Shown piece after piece: positions 48,569-62,000 of a stretch of DNA of 64,000 bases; position 1 is the stretch's first letter; every line of letters begins with the position of its first letter. The position numbers were made by a program, and so were the translations under genes. The notes under the pieces were generated by a model, which did not search any database, was not told the DNA's origin, and worked only from the letters and a program-made list of their open reading frames with translations. This DNA comes from Anaeramoeba ignava BMAN. Its lineage: Eukaryota; Protista; Anaeramoebae. The stretch spans positions 62,001-126,000 of the forward strand of contig JAPDFW010000056.1 in assembly GCA_028826165.1 (NCBI GenBank). The letters run 5' to 3'.

Positions 48569-51500
48569 ATGACTTCTGATGATTTATATGCAGGAATGAC
48601 TGCGTTACATCATGCAGCTAAAAGAGGAAATGAAGAGTGGCTTGAAGAACTTTTAACAAAAGGTGGAGATGATATCAATTCTCAGAGATGATTTTGGTTT
48701 AACTCCTCTTCATTGGGCTGCTTATGGTGGTCATACAGGTTGTGTTTGGCTTCTTGTAAATTATTTTATAATCAAATTTACAATCATTTCTAAACCATTT
48801 CTATAAATATATTTACAAACCATTTCTAAACCATTTCTATAAATATATTTATAAACAAATTTATAATTAAATTTATAAACAAATTTATAAACAAATTTAT
48901 TAACAAATTTATAATTAAATTTATAATTAAATTTATTAACAAATTTATAATCAAATTTATAATTAAATTTATAATTATATTTATAATTAAATTTATAATT
49001 ATATTTATAATCAAATTTATAATTAAATTTATAAACAAATTTATAATTAAATTTATAAAACAAATTTATAATTAAATTTATAAACAAATTTATAATTAAA
49101 TTTATAAAACAAATTTATAATTAAATTTATAAACAAATTTATAAACAAATTTATAAACAAATTTATAATTAAATTTATAAACAAATTTATAATTAAATTT
49201 ATTAACAAATTTATAAGTAAATTTATAATTAAATTTATAAATATATTTAAAACAAATTTATAAACAAATTTATAATTAAATTTATAATTAAATTTATAAA
49301 CAAATTTATTAACAAATTTATAATTAAATTTATGATTAAATTTATAATTAAATTTATAAACAAATTTATAATTAAATTTATAAACAAATTTATAATTAAA
49401 TTTATAATTAAATTTATAACAAATTTATAATTAAATTTATAATTAAATTTATAATTAAATTTATAATTAAATTTATAATTAAATTTATAATTAAATTTAT
49501 AAATATATTTATAAACAAATTTATAAACAAATTTATAAACAAATTTATAAACAAATTTATAAACAAATTTATAAACAAATTTATAAACAAATTTATTAAC
49601 AAATTTATAAACAAATTTATAAACAAATTTATAAACAAATTTATAAACAAATTTATAATTAAATTTATAAACAAATTTATAATTAAATTTATAAACAAAT
49701 TTATAATTAAATTTATAAACAAATTTATAATTAAATTTATAAACAAATTTATAATTATATTTATAATCAAATTTATAAACAAATTTATAATTAAATTTAT
49801 AATTATATTTATAATTATATTTATAATCAAATTTATAATTATATTTATAAACAAATTTATAATTAAATTTATAAACAAATTTATAATTATATCTATAATC
49901 AAATTTATAATTAAATTTATAATTAAATTTATAATTAAATTTATAATTAAATTTATAATTAAATTTATAATTAAATTTATAATTAAATTTATAATTAAAT
50001 TTATAATCAAATTTATAATTAAATTTATAATTAAATTTATAATCAAATTTATAATTAAATTTATAATTAAATTTATAATTAAATTTATAATTAAATTTAT
50101 AATTAAATTTATAATTAAATTTATAATTAAATTTATAAACAAATTTATAATTATATTTATAATTAAATTTATATTTAAATTTATAAAACAAATTTATTAA
50201 CAAATTTATAATTAAATTTATAATTATATTTATAAACAAATTTATAAACAAATTTATAATTAAATTTATAATTAAATTTATATCAAAATTTTATATCAAA
50301 ATTTATATCAAAATTTATATCAAAATTTATATCAAAATTTATAATCAAAATTTATAAACAAATTTATAATTAAATTTATAATTATATTTATAATTATATT
50401 TATAATTAATTTATTAACAAATTTATAATTAAATTTATAATTAAATTTATAATCAAATTTATAAACAAATTTATAATTATATTTATAATTAAATTTATAA
50501 ACAAATTTATAAACAAATTTATTAACAAATTTATAAACAAATTTATAAACAAATTTATAATTAAATTTATAATTAATTTATTAACAAATTTATAAACAAA
50601 TTTATAATTAAATTTATAAACAAATTTATAATTATATTTATAATTAAATTTATAATTAAATTTATAATCAAATTTATATTTAAATTTATAATCAAATTTA
50701 TAATTAAATTTATTAACAAAAATTATTATTAAATTTATAAACAAATTTATTAACAAATTCATAAAACAAATTCATAATTAAATTTATAATTAAATTTATA
50801 AACAAATTTATAATTAAATTTATAATTAAATTTATAAAACAAATTTATAAACAAATTTATAAACAAATTTATAATTATATTTATAATTATATTTAAAACA
50901 AATTTATAAACAAATTTATAATCAAATTTATAATTAAATTTATAAACAAATTTATAAACAAATTTATAAACAAATTTATAAACAAATTTATAAACAAATT
51001 TATAAACAAATTTATAATTAAATTTATAATTAAATTTATTAACAAATTTATAAACAAATTTATAAACAAATTTATAAACAAATTTATAAACAAATTTATA
51101 AACAAATTTATAAACAAATTTATAAACAAATTTATAAACAAATTTATAAACAAATTTATAAACAAATTTATAAACAAATTTATAATCAAATTTATAATTA
51201 TATTTAAAAACAAATTTATAAACAAATTTATTAACAAATTTATAAACAAATTTATAAACAAATTTATAAACAAATTTATAAACAAATTTATAAACAAATT
51301 TATTATTAAATTTATTAACAAATTTATAATTAAATTTATAAACAAATTTATAATCAAATTTATAATTAAATTTATAATTATATTTATAATTAAATTTATA
51401 AACAAATTTATAAACAAATTTATTAACAAATTTATAAACAAATTTATAAACAAATTTATAATTAAATTTATAATTAATTTATTAACAAATTTATAAACAA

Positions 51501-52803
51501 ATTTATAATTAAATTTATAAAACAAATTTATAATTATATTTATAATTAAATTTATAATTAAATTTATAATCAAATTTATATTTAAATTTATAATCAAATT
51601 TATAATTAAATTTATTAACAAAATTATTATTATTAAATTTATAAACAAATTTATTAACAAATTCATAAACAAATTCATAATTAAATTTATAATTAAATTT
51701 ATAAACAAATTTATAAACAAATTTATAATTAAATTTATAAACAAATTTATAAACAAATTTATAAACAAATTTATAATTATATTTATAATTATATTTAAAA
51801 CAAATTTATAAACAAATTTATATAAACAAATTTATAAACAAATTTATAATTAAATTTATTAACAAATTTATAAACAAATTTATAATTAAATTTATAAACA
51901 AATTTATAATTAAATTTATAATTAAATTTATAAACAAACTTATAATTAAATTTATAATTAAATTTATAATCAAATCTATAATTAAATTTATATCAAAATT
52001 TATAATTAAATTTATAATTAAATTTTATAATTTAAATTTATAATTAAATTTACAAAACAAATTTATTAACAAATTTATAATTATATCTATAATTAAATTT
52101 ATAATTATATTTTATAATTAAATTTATAATTATATTTATAATTAAATTTATAATTAAATTTATATCAAAATTTATAATTAAATCTATAATAATTAAATTT
52201 ATATCAAAATTTATAATTAAATTTATAATTAAATTTATAATTAAATTTATAATTAAATTTATAATTAAATTTATAATTAAATTTATAATTAAATTTATAA
52301 TTAAATTTATAATTAAATTTATAATTAAATTTATAATTAAATTTATAATTAAATTTATAATTATATTTATAATTAAATTTATATCAAAATTTATAATTAA
52401 ATCTATAATTAAATTTATATCAAAATTTATATCAAAATTTATAATTAAATTTATATGTAAATTGCTTTGTTATTTAGCTTGATAAAGGAGCAGACATTTA
52501 TGCAAGGTAATTAAAAATAAAATTATATCTTATATCTTATATCAATTAATAATTTAATTTAATTTAATTTAATTTAATCACAAAAGAGCAAAAAATGGAG
52601 ATACTGCTCTTCATAAAGCTGCTTGGAGAGGTAATAAAGCTACAGTTCAACACCTTTTAGAATGGGGAGCAGATGTCACAGTAAAAAATGATGAAAGTAA
52701 AATACCAATGGATTTAGCAAGAGAAACAGAAATAGCTGCAATGCTACAGCCAGAAATGCCTGATGATGGAGACTCTGATGATGATGCTGAATTGAGTGAT
52801 TAA
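48569..52803 (+). CDS. Small ankyrin-repeat protein, OSTF1-like without SH3; exons 48569-48755, 52478-52506, 52587-52803; apparent +1 frameshift near 48680
   Basis: GMTALHHAAKRGNEEWL, GLTPLHWAAYGGH, GDTALHKAAWRG and an acidic tail. As assembled the first frame stops at TGA 48689. Confidence 0.75.
48756..52477 (+). repeat. 3.7 kb intron made of 12-mer variants ATAATTAAATTT / ATAAACAAATTT
   Basis: GT at 48756, TAG at 52477; hundreds of 12-bp units; source of the spurious INLF/FVYK ORFs. Confidence 0.9.
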
Positions 52804-53149
52804 CTTCTTCTTTAAATACCAAAAATATCAAAAACCTCCTTTTTTTCTTTTTCTTTTTTTTTTGACTTTTGATTTTGTTGGTTTCTTTCTTTAATGTTTC
52901 TTTTCATTTAATTCTCTTCATCCATTTATTTTCTCTCAAAATTAATTTTAATTTCAATTTTAATTTCAATTTCAAAACAAATCAATGAAACATTTCTCAA
53001 ATTTTTTTTTCTTTAAAAAAAATACAAACAAAACAAACACAAAAATTTTATAATAATACTAAAAATTTCCAAAAACAAGAAAGAAAAGAATTTTTTTCTA
53101 TTGATTTTATTTTATTGATTTTTATTTTATTGATTTTTATTTTATTGAA

Positions 53150-55107
53150 TTAATTAAGATGAATACTTGTTGAAATATTTTTTCTAATTCCACTTTGTTC
53201 ACCAAAATAAGTTCTTCCTTTTTGTTCACGCATTGGTTTAACTTGGCCTTTTCGACTTTTAATTGCTTTATTATACCTTAATTTTTGTCTTACTCTTGGA
53301 TTTCTTTTCATTCTTCTGTTTTTTGTTTTTCTTAATTGAGCATAAGATTTGTTTTTTTCAATATGATAAGGAATAGCTCTTTTTTCTCCATCTTCAACAA
53401 CCTCTTCAGGCAAAGGAACTCTTCCTGTTTTTTTTCTTTTCAGATTTTCTCTTGATTTTTGTTTTTGTGTTTTAATTTGTCCCGAATTTTCTTGATTTAA
53501 AATATTATCATTTTCTTCCTTTTCCAAAAGTTGATTTTGTTTAGCAATAGTTTTTTCATCATTTTGAACACGTTTCTTTGACTTCATAACAATGGCATCG
53601 TCTCCTCCTCTTTCTCTTGTTTTCATTTTCTGTGTGATTTTATTGAGATGATTTTCTAGTGTTTTCTTTTTGATGAGATTCTGGATGTTTTCTTGTTGAT
53701 TTGATTTATTCTTAAGTGATTCAAATGGTATAAAATTGGAAAACTTATCCATTTTTGTGATATTTTCAATTTCTTGCTTTTTTTGTTTGTGATCCTTTTT
53801 GCTGATTTCGGGAATTTTATAGAAATCATTTTCTGTGAAATCATCTGAATATTCTTCAAATTGAATTGATTTTTTGTTTTGATTTTTTTGGTTTTTTTGA
53901 TTTTTTTGATTTTTTGGAGAATTTTCTTCTTTGATTTTTGATTTTAAAGATTTTATTGGTTCTTTTTTGATTGAATTTTTTGGTTTTGGAACTTCCATAT
54001 CTTGATAAAGCATTTGTATTTTTGGATTAAAATTAATTTCAATTTCTTCCATTTTTTGGATCATTTGTTGTTGAGTAATAATTTGTTGAATTACAGGATG
54101 TTTTTTAACTTGAATTTTTTGAGCTTTTAATAATAAAAAGAATGAGATATTAACGCAGTAATTTAATAGAAGAGCTAATTTTTTGAATTTTTTAATTTAA
54201 TTTTTTGAATTGAATTTTTTAATTTGATTTTTTAAATTGATTTGATTTAAATTGATTTTTTTAGATTACTATATTTTGTTTTAAGAAAATCAATCAAAAT
54301 ATTCGATTCAAAATCACTATTCTTTTTATCATCACTCAATCCAAGTTTTTTAAATAAAGGTTCAATTTGCAATTTAATTTCATCAAATCGAGTCTTCAAT
54401 TCATGAATAAGATCCAATAACTCAGGAGATTCATTAATCAAAATTTCAATTTTTTTATCTTTGGATAAATTTTCAACATTCCTTTCAATTCTCTCAACAT
54501 TAATATTATCTAAATCAATATCCTCCAAATTTTTATCAAGCATTTCAAGAAGAAAACGGTCATTATCACTTTTAATTGGAATATTGCTATTGATTTTATT
54601 TTGCTCATTATTTTTTTGGGTATTTTCATCCAAATACCACTGCTCCAAAAAAAAATCCTTGTCTTGGAATTGCTGTAAGCGTTTTTTCTGGAGCTTATCA
54701 ACCTCAAATTCTTCTGTGATTTGACCTCTATTGATTTTATAAATATTATCATCAGCTTCATAATAAAATTTCTGTTTATTTGATCCCCAACCTCCAATTT
54801 CATCAATTGATTTCTCAGTTTTTTTTTTATTTTCGTTTTGATTTTCATCTCCATTTTCAAAATCATCGTCTTCATCTTCATAATCCTTTTCTGAATCAAA
54901 ATATTCAATTGATTCTTGATTGTCAGAAATTTCTGATGAAAGATCAAGTTCAAAAACTTCATCTTCTTCATCGTTTTGATTTTTACTTGAATTTCCTAAG
55001 TTTTGATCATCATCTAAAGAAACAAAATCTCTTTGTTCATAAAAATCATCAATTTCATCTTTAGGAAGTGAATCAAAATTGTTTTTATTTTTATTATTTT
55101 TATTCAT
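53150..55107 (-). CDS. UTP3: SAS10/UTP3 SSU processome component; 2 exons (intron ~54176-54268)
   Basis: Acidic N-terminus with WGSNKQKFY, ESPELLDLI, LLNYCVNISFL, and Sas10 C-terminal domain RNPRVRQKLRYNKA..KGQV..YFGEQSGIRKN. Confidence 0.92.
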
Positions 55108-55197
55108 AATAAAAAAAATGAAAAAAATGAAAAAAATTTTTTTTAATTTTTTTTTTCTTTCATTTTTTTTTTCTTCTTTTTTTTTAAAATAATAAAA
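55108..55197. promoter_or_regulatory. Putative 90-bp bidirectional promoter between UTP3 and the kinase
   Basis: Divergent ATGs 90 bp apart with TTTCATTTT elements on each strand. Confidence 0.55.
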
Positions 55198-58100
55198 ATG
55201 GAAACTAAAAAATATCCAACAAATTTTCAGTCATATAAACTTTTAACAGAAATTGGATTTGGAGGAACTGCAACTGTTTGTATTCCGAATAAAATAACAA
55301 AAACAAATAATAAACTTATTATGAAGAAAACTATTTATTTTTTTGGCAAAAGGTATGGAAAGCATTATGTATCCCATTTGAAGAAAACGTTGCAATTAAA
55401 ATTATAGATTTAGAATTAATTCATTTTTCTGTTGAAAAATTATGGAAAGAAATTCAATACTGGAAACTTTCTGTGCATGAAAATATAGTTACATTTTATT
55501 GCTCGTTTGTTCATGAAACAACAATTTGGTTAGTTATGGAATTTATTGAAGAAGGTAAAAAAAAATTTTTTTTATCATTTCAAATTTATTTTTTTTTAAA
55601 TCATCAAGATTTTAAATTAAAATTTAAATTCAAATTCAGAATTCAAATTAAAATTCATTTATAAATTCATTTATAAAATATAAATTAAAATTAAAATTAA
55701 ATTAAAATATAAATTCATTTATAAAATTAAAATTTAAAATTAAAATTAAAATCAAAATTAAAATTAAAATTAAAATTAAAATCAAAATTAAAATTAAAAT
55801 TAAAATTCATTTAAAAATTTAAATAAAATTAAAATCAAAATAAAAATTAAAATTAAAATTAAAATTAAAATTAAAAATTTATAAAAAAATTAAATTAAAA
55901 TTAAAAATCAAAATCAAAATTAAAATTAAAATTAAAATCAAAAAATTTATAAAATTAAAATTAAAATTTTCAAAATTAAAATTAAAAATTAAAATCAAAT
56001 TTAAATTAAAATTAAAATTAAAATTAAAATTAAAATTTAAATTAAAATCAAAATTAAAATTAAAAATTAAAATTAAAATTAAAATCAAATTTATAAAAAA
56101 TTAAAATTAAAATTATTTATAAAAATTAAAATTCATTTATAAAATTAAAAAATTAAAATTAAATTTAAAATAAAAATTAAAAATAAAATTAAAATTAAAA
56201 TTAAAAATCAAAAAATCAAAATCAAAAAAATTAAAATTAAAATTAAAAATTAAAATTAAAAATTAAAATTAAAATCAAAAATTATAAAATTAAAATTAAA
56301 ATCAAAATTAAAATCAAAATTAAACTAAAAATTAAAATTTAAATCAAAATTAAAATTAAAATTAAAATTCATTTATAAAATCAAAATTAAAATTCATTTA
56401 TAAAATTAAAATTAAAATCAAAATTAAAATTCATTTATAAAATTAAAATTAAAATTCAATAGGAAGTTGCCAAGCAATTCTTAGAGACTACTTCCCAAAT
56501 GGTATAGAAGATGAACAAATAATTGCTACAATTTTAAAAGAAACTTTAAAAGGTATTACATATTTGCATGAAAATGGACAAATTCATCGAGATATAAAAG
56601 CAAGCAATCTTTTAATCAAATCAAATGGACAAATTAAAATTGCTGATTTTGGTGTTGCTGGTACCTTGTTTGAAAAGGGAAAGCTTACCCAAGATCGAAG
56701 AACTTTTGTAGGAACACCTTGTTGGATGAGTCCAGAAGTTATTATGGGTCTTCAAGGAGGAAAAGGTTATAATGAAAAAATTGATATTTGGTCTTTGGGT
56801 ATTACTGCTCTTGAATTAGCTTATGGAAAGCCTCCCTTTTCTGAACATTCTTCAATGAAGGTTTATATTATTTAAATTATTTTATTTGATTTATTTAAAA
56901 TATTTAATTTGATTTGATTTAATTTTTAATTTGATTTAATTTAATTTAATTTAATTTAATTTGATTTAATTTAATTCAATTTAAATTATTTGATTTAATT
57001 TAATTTGATTGATTTAATTTGATTTAATTTGATTTAATTTGAATTATTTTGATTTAATTTAATTTAATTTAATTTAATTTGATTTAATTTAATTCAATTT
57101 AAATTATTTGATTTAATTAAATTTATTTGATTTAATTTGATTTAATTTGATTTAATTTGAATTATTTTGATTTAATTTAATTTGATTTAATTTAAATTAT
57201 TTTTGAAAATATTTAATTTAATTTAATTTGATTTGATTTTAATTTAATTTAATTTGATTTAATTTAATTTGATTTAATTTAATTTGATTTAATTTAATTT
57301 AATTTAATTTAATTTAATTTAATTTAATTTAATTTAATTTAATTTAATTTAATTTAATTTAATTTAATTTAATTTAAATTGATTTAAATTGATTTGATTT
57401 GATTTGATTTAAAATTGATTTAATTTGATTTAATTTAATTTGATTTAATTTAATTTAATTTAATTTAATTTAATTTGATTTAATTTAATTTAATTTATTT
57501 TAATTTGATTTAATTTGATTTGATTTAATTTAATTTGATTTAATTTAATTTAATTTAATTTAATTTAATTTAATTTAATTTAATTTAATTTAATTTGATT
57601 TAATTTGATTTAATTTGATTTGATTTAATTTGATTTAAATTGATTTAATTTGATTTAAATTGATTTGATTTAATTTATTTAAATTGATTTGATTTAATTT
57701 AATTTGATTTAATTTGATTTAATTTATTTAAATTGATTTAATTTGATTTAATTTAATTTAATTTAATTTAATTTAATTTAATTTGATTAATTTGATTTGA
57801 TTTAATTTAAATTGATTTGATTTAATTTGATTTAATTTGATTTGATTTGATTTGATTAATTTGATTTGATTTAATTTAATTTGATTTAATTTAATTTAAT
57901 TTAATTTAATTTAATTTGATTTAATTTAATTTAATTTGATTTAATTTGATTTAAATTGATTTGATTTGATTTAATTTAATTTAATTTAATTTAAATTATT
58001 TGATTTAATTTAATGTGATTTAGGTTTTATTAATGATTCTTGATAGTCCATCTCCAACTTTATCAGAAAAATTCTCAAAACCTTTCCAAAATTTCGTTAA

Positions 58101-58740
58101 AGTTTGCTTATACAAAGATCCAGAAAAAAGACCTTCTGCACAAAAATTATTAAAACATAAATTTTTAAAAAATGCAACAAAACCTGAATATCTTGTAACA
58201 ACTTTATTAAAAAATATAAAACCAGTTGAAGAAAGAGTCGCAAAAAGCAAAAAACATCGAGAAGAAAGAATGAAAAAAAATGAATTTGTTGATTGGGAAG
58301 AACTACAAAATTCAATTGATGATTTAAATGAAATTTCAAATCAACCAAATAAAAAAAATAAATCAAATCAATCAAATCAAGAAATTTCTTCAAATAAGGA
58401 AAACTCTACTAAAATGCCACGTTCAGGCCCAATATCTATTCCCAAACAAAGGATAAAATCAGTAAAATCTGAACAATCAAATAACTCAAAAAAAAACTTG
58501 ATGAATAGATCATCTCCAATAAAAAATATTCAAAGTTTTCAAAATTCTCAAAATTCTCAAAATATTCAAAATTCTCAAAATAATCAAAATAATCAAAATT
58601 CACCAAATTCACAAAATATTCAAAATATTCAAAATACTTCAAAATCTTTGCTTGTAACTAGTCAATCTCCTCAAAGAAGAGTTTATAAAATTACAAAACT
58701 TCCAAGTGAAAAAAAACCAGATTCTTCAAAAGATGTTTAA
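55198..58740 (+). CDS. STE20-family Ser/Thr kinase, OSR1/SPAK (Fray)-like; exons 55198-55275, 55353-55554, 56463-56860, 58024-58740
   Basis: [77 protein letters not shown]. Confidence 0.92.
55555..58023. repeat. Kinase introns filled with AAAATT/AAAATC (55555-56462) and ATTTA/ATTTG (56861-58023) repeats
   Basis: Direct inspection. Confidence 0.85.
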
Positions 58741-59031
58741 AATCAAAATTGATATTCAAACAATCTTATTTCAAAAATTTTTATTTCAAAAATTTTTTAT
58801 TTCAAAAATTTGAAAGGAAAAAATATTTTTTGTTTTTTGTTCTTTTTTTTTTTAAGGAAAAATCGTTTTGATTGTTTGTTTTTTTTTTACAAAAAGATAA
58901 TTAAAAAAAAAATCGAATTTTAATTTCATTTTTTCATTTTTTCATTTTTTCATTTTCTTATTTTTTTCAAATTATTTCAAATTATTTTATTTCATCTTAT
59001 TTTTTATTTCATCTTATTTTTTAAAAAAAAA

Positions 59032-62000
59032 ATGCAAAAAATTGAAACAATATCACTTTCTATTGAAGAACAAAATGATGCAATTTTAATAATATTTCAT
59101 CATAATTCCACAAAAATATTTGCAACAACAAACTTTTCGTTACAATTTAGATGGACAAACATATTAAAACAATACGTTAATCGATCAAAATTCAAAACTT
59201 TTGATCTTGAAAAAAATCCTGAAATAATTTTTTTTCATGTGTATCAAAACATTCCGAATATATTTATATCAACAGCACCAGATATTCTAGATATAGGACC
59301 TATAATGCAAGAATTTACAAAGTTTTTGACATTAGAAACACTTATTCAAAGTGAAGAACGTGTGAGAAAAATCGAAGCATTTAATGCGTTGAACCAAACA
59401 AGTGTAAGCATTGTTCCTTTAAAATTGATTTGTAATGCTGTCGTTCGTAGAGGTAGTTTATCTTGTTTTGCTGGTCTTAATAATAATCCTCAATTGCCTT
59501 GTGTCTTTGGTTTTAGAGGAAATAATTTTTCTTTAGAAGCTTCTGGTGAATGTTTATTTGAGAAAAGTTTATCAGATTTACAAGTAAATATTTATTTCAA
59601 TTCAATTTATTTCAATTTAATTTAATTTAATTCAATTCAATTCAATTCAATTTATTTTATTTCAATATTTAATTCAATTTAATTTATTTGAATTTAATTC
59701 AATATTTAATTCAATTTAATTCAATATTTAATTCAATTTAATTTAATTTAATTCAATTCAATTCAATATTCAATTCATTATTCAATTTAATTTATTTCAA
59801 TTTATTTTTATTTAATTTATTTCAATATTCAATTTATTTCAATATTTATTTCAATTCAATTTAATTTAATTTATTTCAATATTTATTTTAATATTTAATT
59901 CAATTTATTTCAATTTATTTCAATATTTATTTCAATATTTATTTCAATATTTATTTTAATATTTAATTTATTTCAATATTTAATTTATTTTATTTCAATA
60001 TTTATTTCAATTTATTTTAATTTATTTTAATTTAATTTATTTCAATTCAATTTAATTTATTTCAATTTAATTCAATTTATTTCAATTTATTTCAATATTT
60101 TATTCAATTTTAATATTTAATTCATTTCAATATTTAATTCATTTTAATTTATTTAATTCAATATTTAATTTATTTAATTTAATATTTTATTCAATTTATT
60201 TCAATATTTAATTTATTTCAATATTCAATTTATTTCAATTCAATTTAATTTTATTTTATTTTAATTTAATTTATTTCAATTTATTTCAATTTATTTCAAT
60301 TCAATTCAATTTATTTTAATTTATTTTTAATTCAATTTATTTCAATTTATTTTTATTTCAATTTAATATTTAATTTATTTTAATTTATTTCAATTTATTT
60401 CAATATTTTATTCAATTTAATTTAATTTTTAATTTAATTTAATTCAATATTTAATTTATTTCAATTCAATTTAATATTTAATTCAATATTTAATTTATTT
60501 TATTTCAATTCAATTTATTTCAATTTATTTCAATTCAATTTATTTTTATTTTTAATTTATTTTAATTCAATTTATTTTATTTTTAATTTAATTTAATTTA
60601 ATTTATTTCAATTTAATTCAATATTTATTTTAATTTTTAATTCAATTTATTTCAATTTATTTCAATATTTATTTTAATTTTTAATTTATTTCAATTTTAA
60701 TTTAATATTTAATTCAATATTTAATTTAATTTATTTAATTCAATATTTAATTTAATTTATTTAATTCAATATTTAATTTAATTTTTAATTTAATTTAATT
60801 CAATTTAATTTAATATTCAATTTAATTTAATATTTATTTCAATATTTAATTCATTATTCAATTTAATTTATTTTAATATTTAATTCAATTCAATTTAATT
60901 TATTTAATTCAATATTTAATTTATTTAATTCAATATTTATTTTAATATTTAATTCAATTTAATTCAATTTATTTTTAATATTTAATTCAATTTAATTCAA
61001 TTTATTTCAATATTTAATTCAATTCATTTAATTTATTTCAATTCATTTTAATTCAATTCATTTAATTTAATTCAATTTAATTTAATTCAATTTAATTCAT
61101 TCAATTTATTTCAATTCAATTTAATTCAATATTTTATTTAATTTATTTCAATTTATTTCAATATTTATTTCAATATTTAATTTAATTTATTTTAATTCAA
61201 TTTATTTCAATTCAATTTAATTTAATTCATTTCAATTTATTTCAATTTAATTTATTTCAATTTAATTTATTTCAATTTAATTTAATTCAATATTTAATTT
61301 AATTTAATTCATTTCAATATTTAATTTTTATTAGATCGTAATACGACAAAGAAAACAAGAAGCCCTTATTAAACTCAAACAAGAGGAAGAATCATGGCGA
61401 GTTGATATGCACACAAACGCAGTAGCTTTGATATGGAGAGAAATAGTAAACCAAATAAAAGCATTGGAAACAGAAATCAAATTCGACCCGAAAATGGAAC
61501 TTAAAATAATCCCAAATATATATACAAAAACAGAAAATTTTGTTGAAATCAACGAATTTGCACCAAATCAAACACAAATTAAAACGGATCTTTTTGACGA
61601 AAATAACGGAATAATTCCAATTATAAGTTTCATGAAAAATCGGATCTTTTCGGGACAAATTGAGATCACATTACAGAAAGTGAAGATCACAGTTTACTCA
61701 AAAGGATCTGCAGAAAAACGACAAGAACGGATTGTGAAGGTCAGATTGGCAATGAACAAACACAACCGAAGACTCTTCCAGATCCTTATACCTGGACAAG
61801 GAACACATACATTTTACGTCACTAATGAAGAAAACGTTGAAATTTTACTGTCACTTTTTGAGACGGCAAAAAAACTTGTTAAAAGAATGCCATCTGTGAG
61901 GAACCTCAGCTCAATACACGCGCTGGACTCTCTTGAGACAATGCGGTCGACTCTTTCGTTGCCTGATCTTATGCTTTCACAAAGAAAAAATTCACAACAA

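Noticed and set aside
48761-51768. Long INLF/FNYK ORFs on the minus strand
   Set aside because: Antisense readings of the 12-mer satellite inside the ankyrin gene intron.
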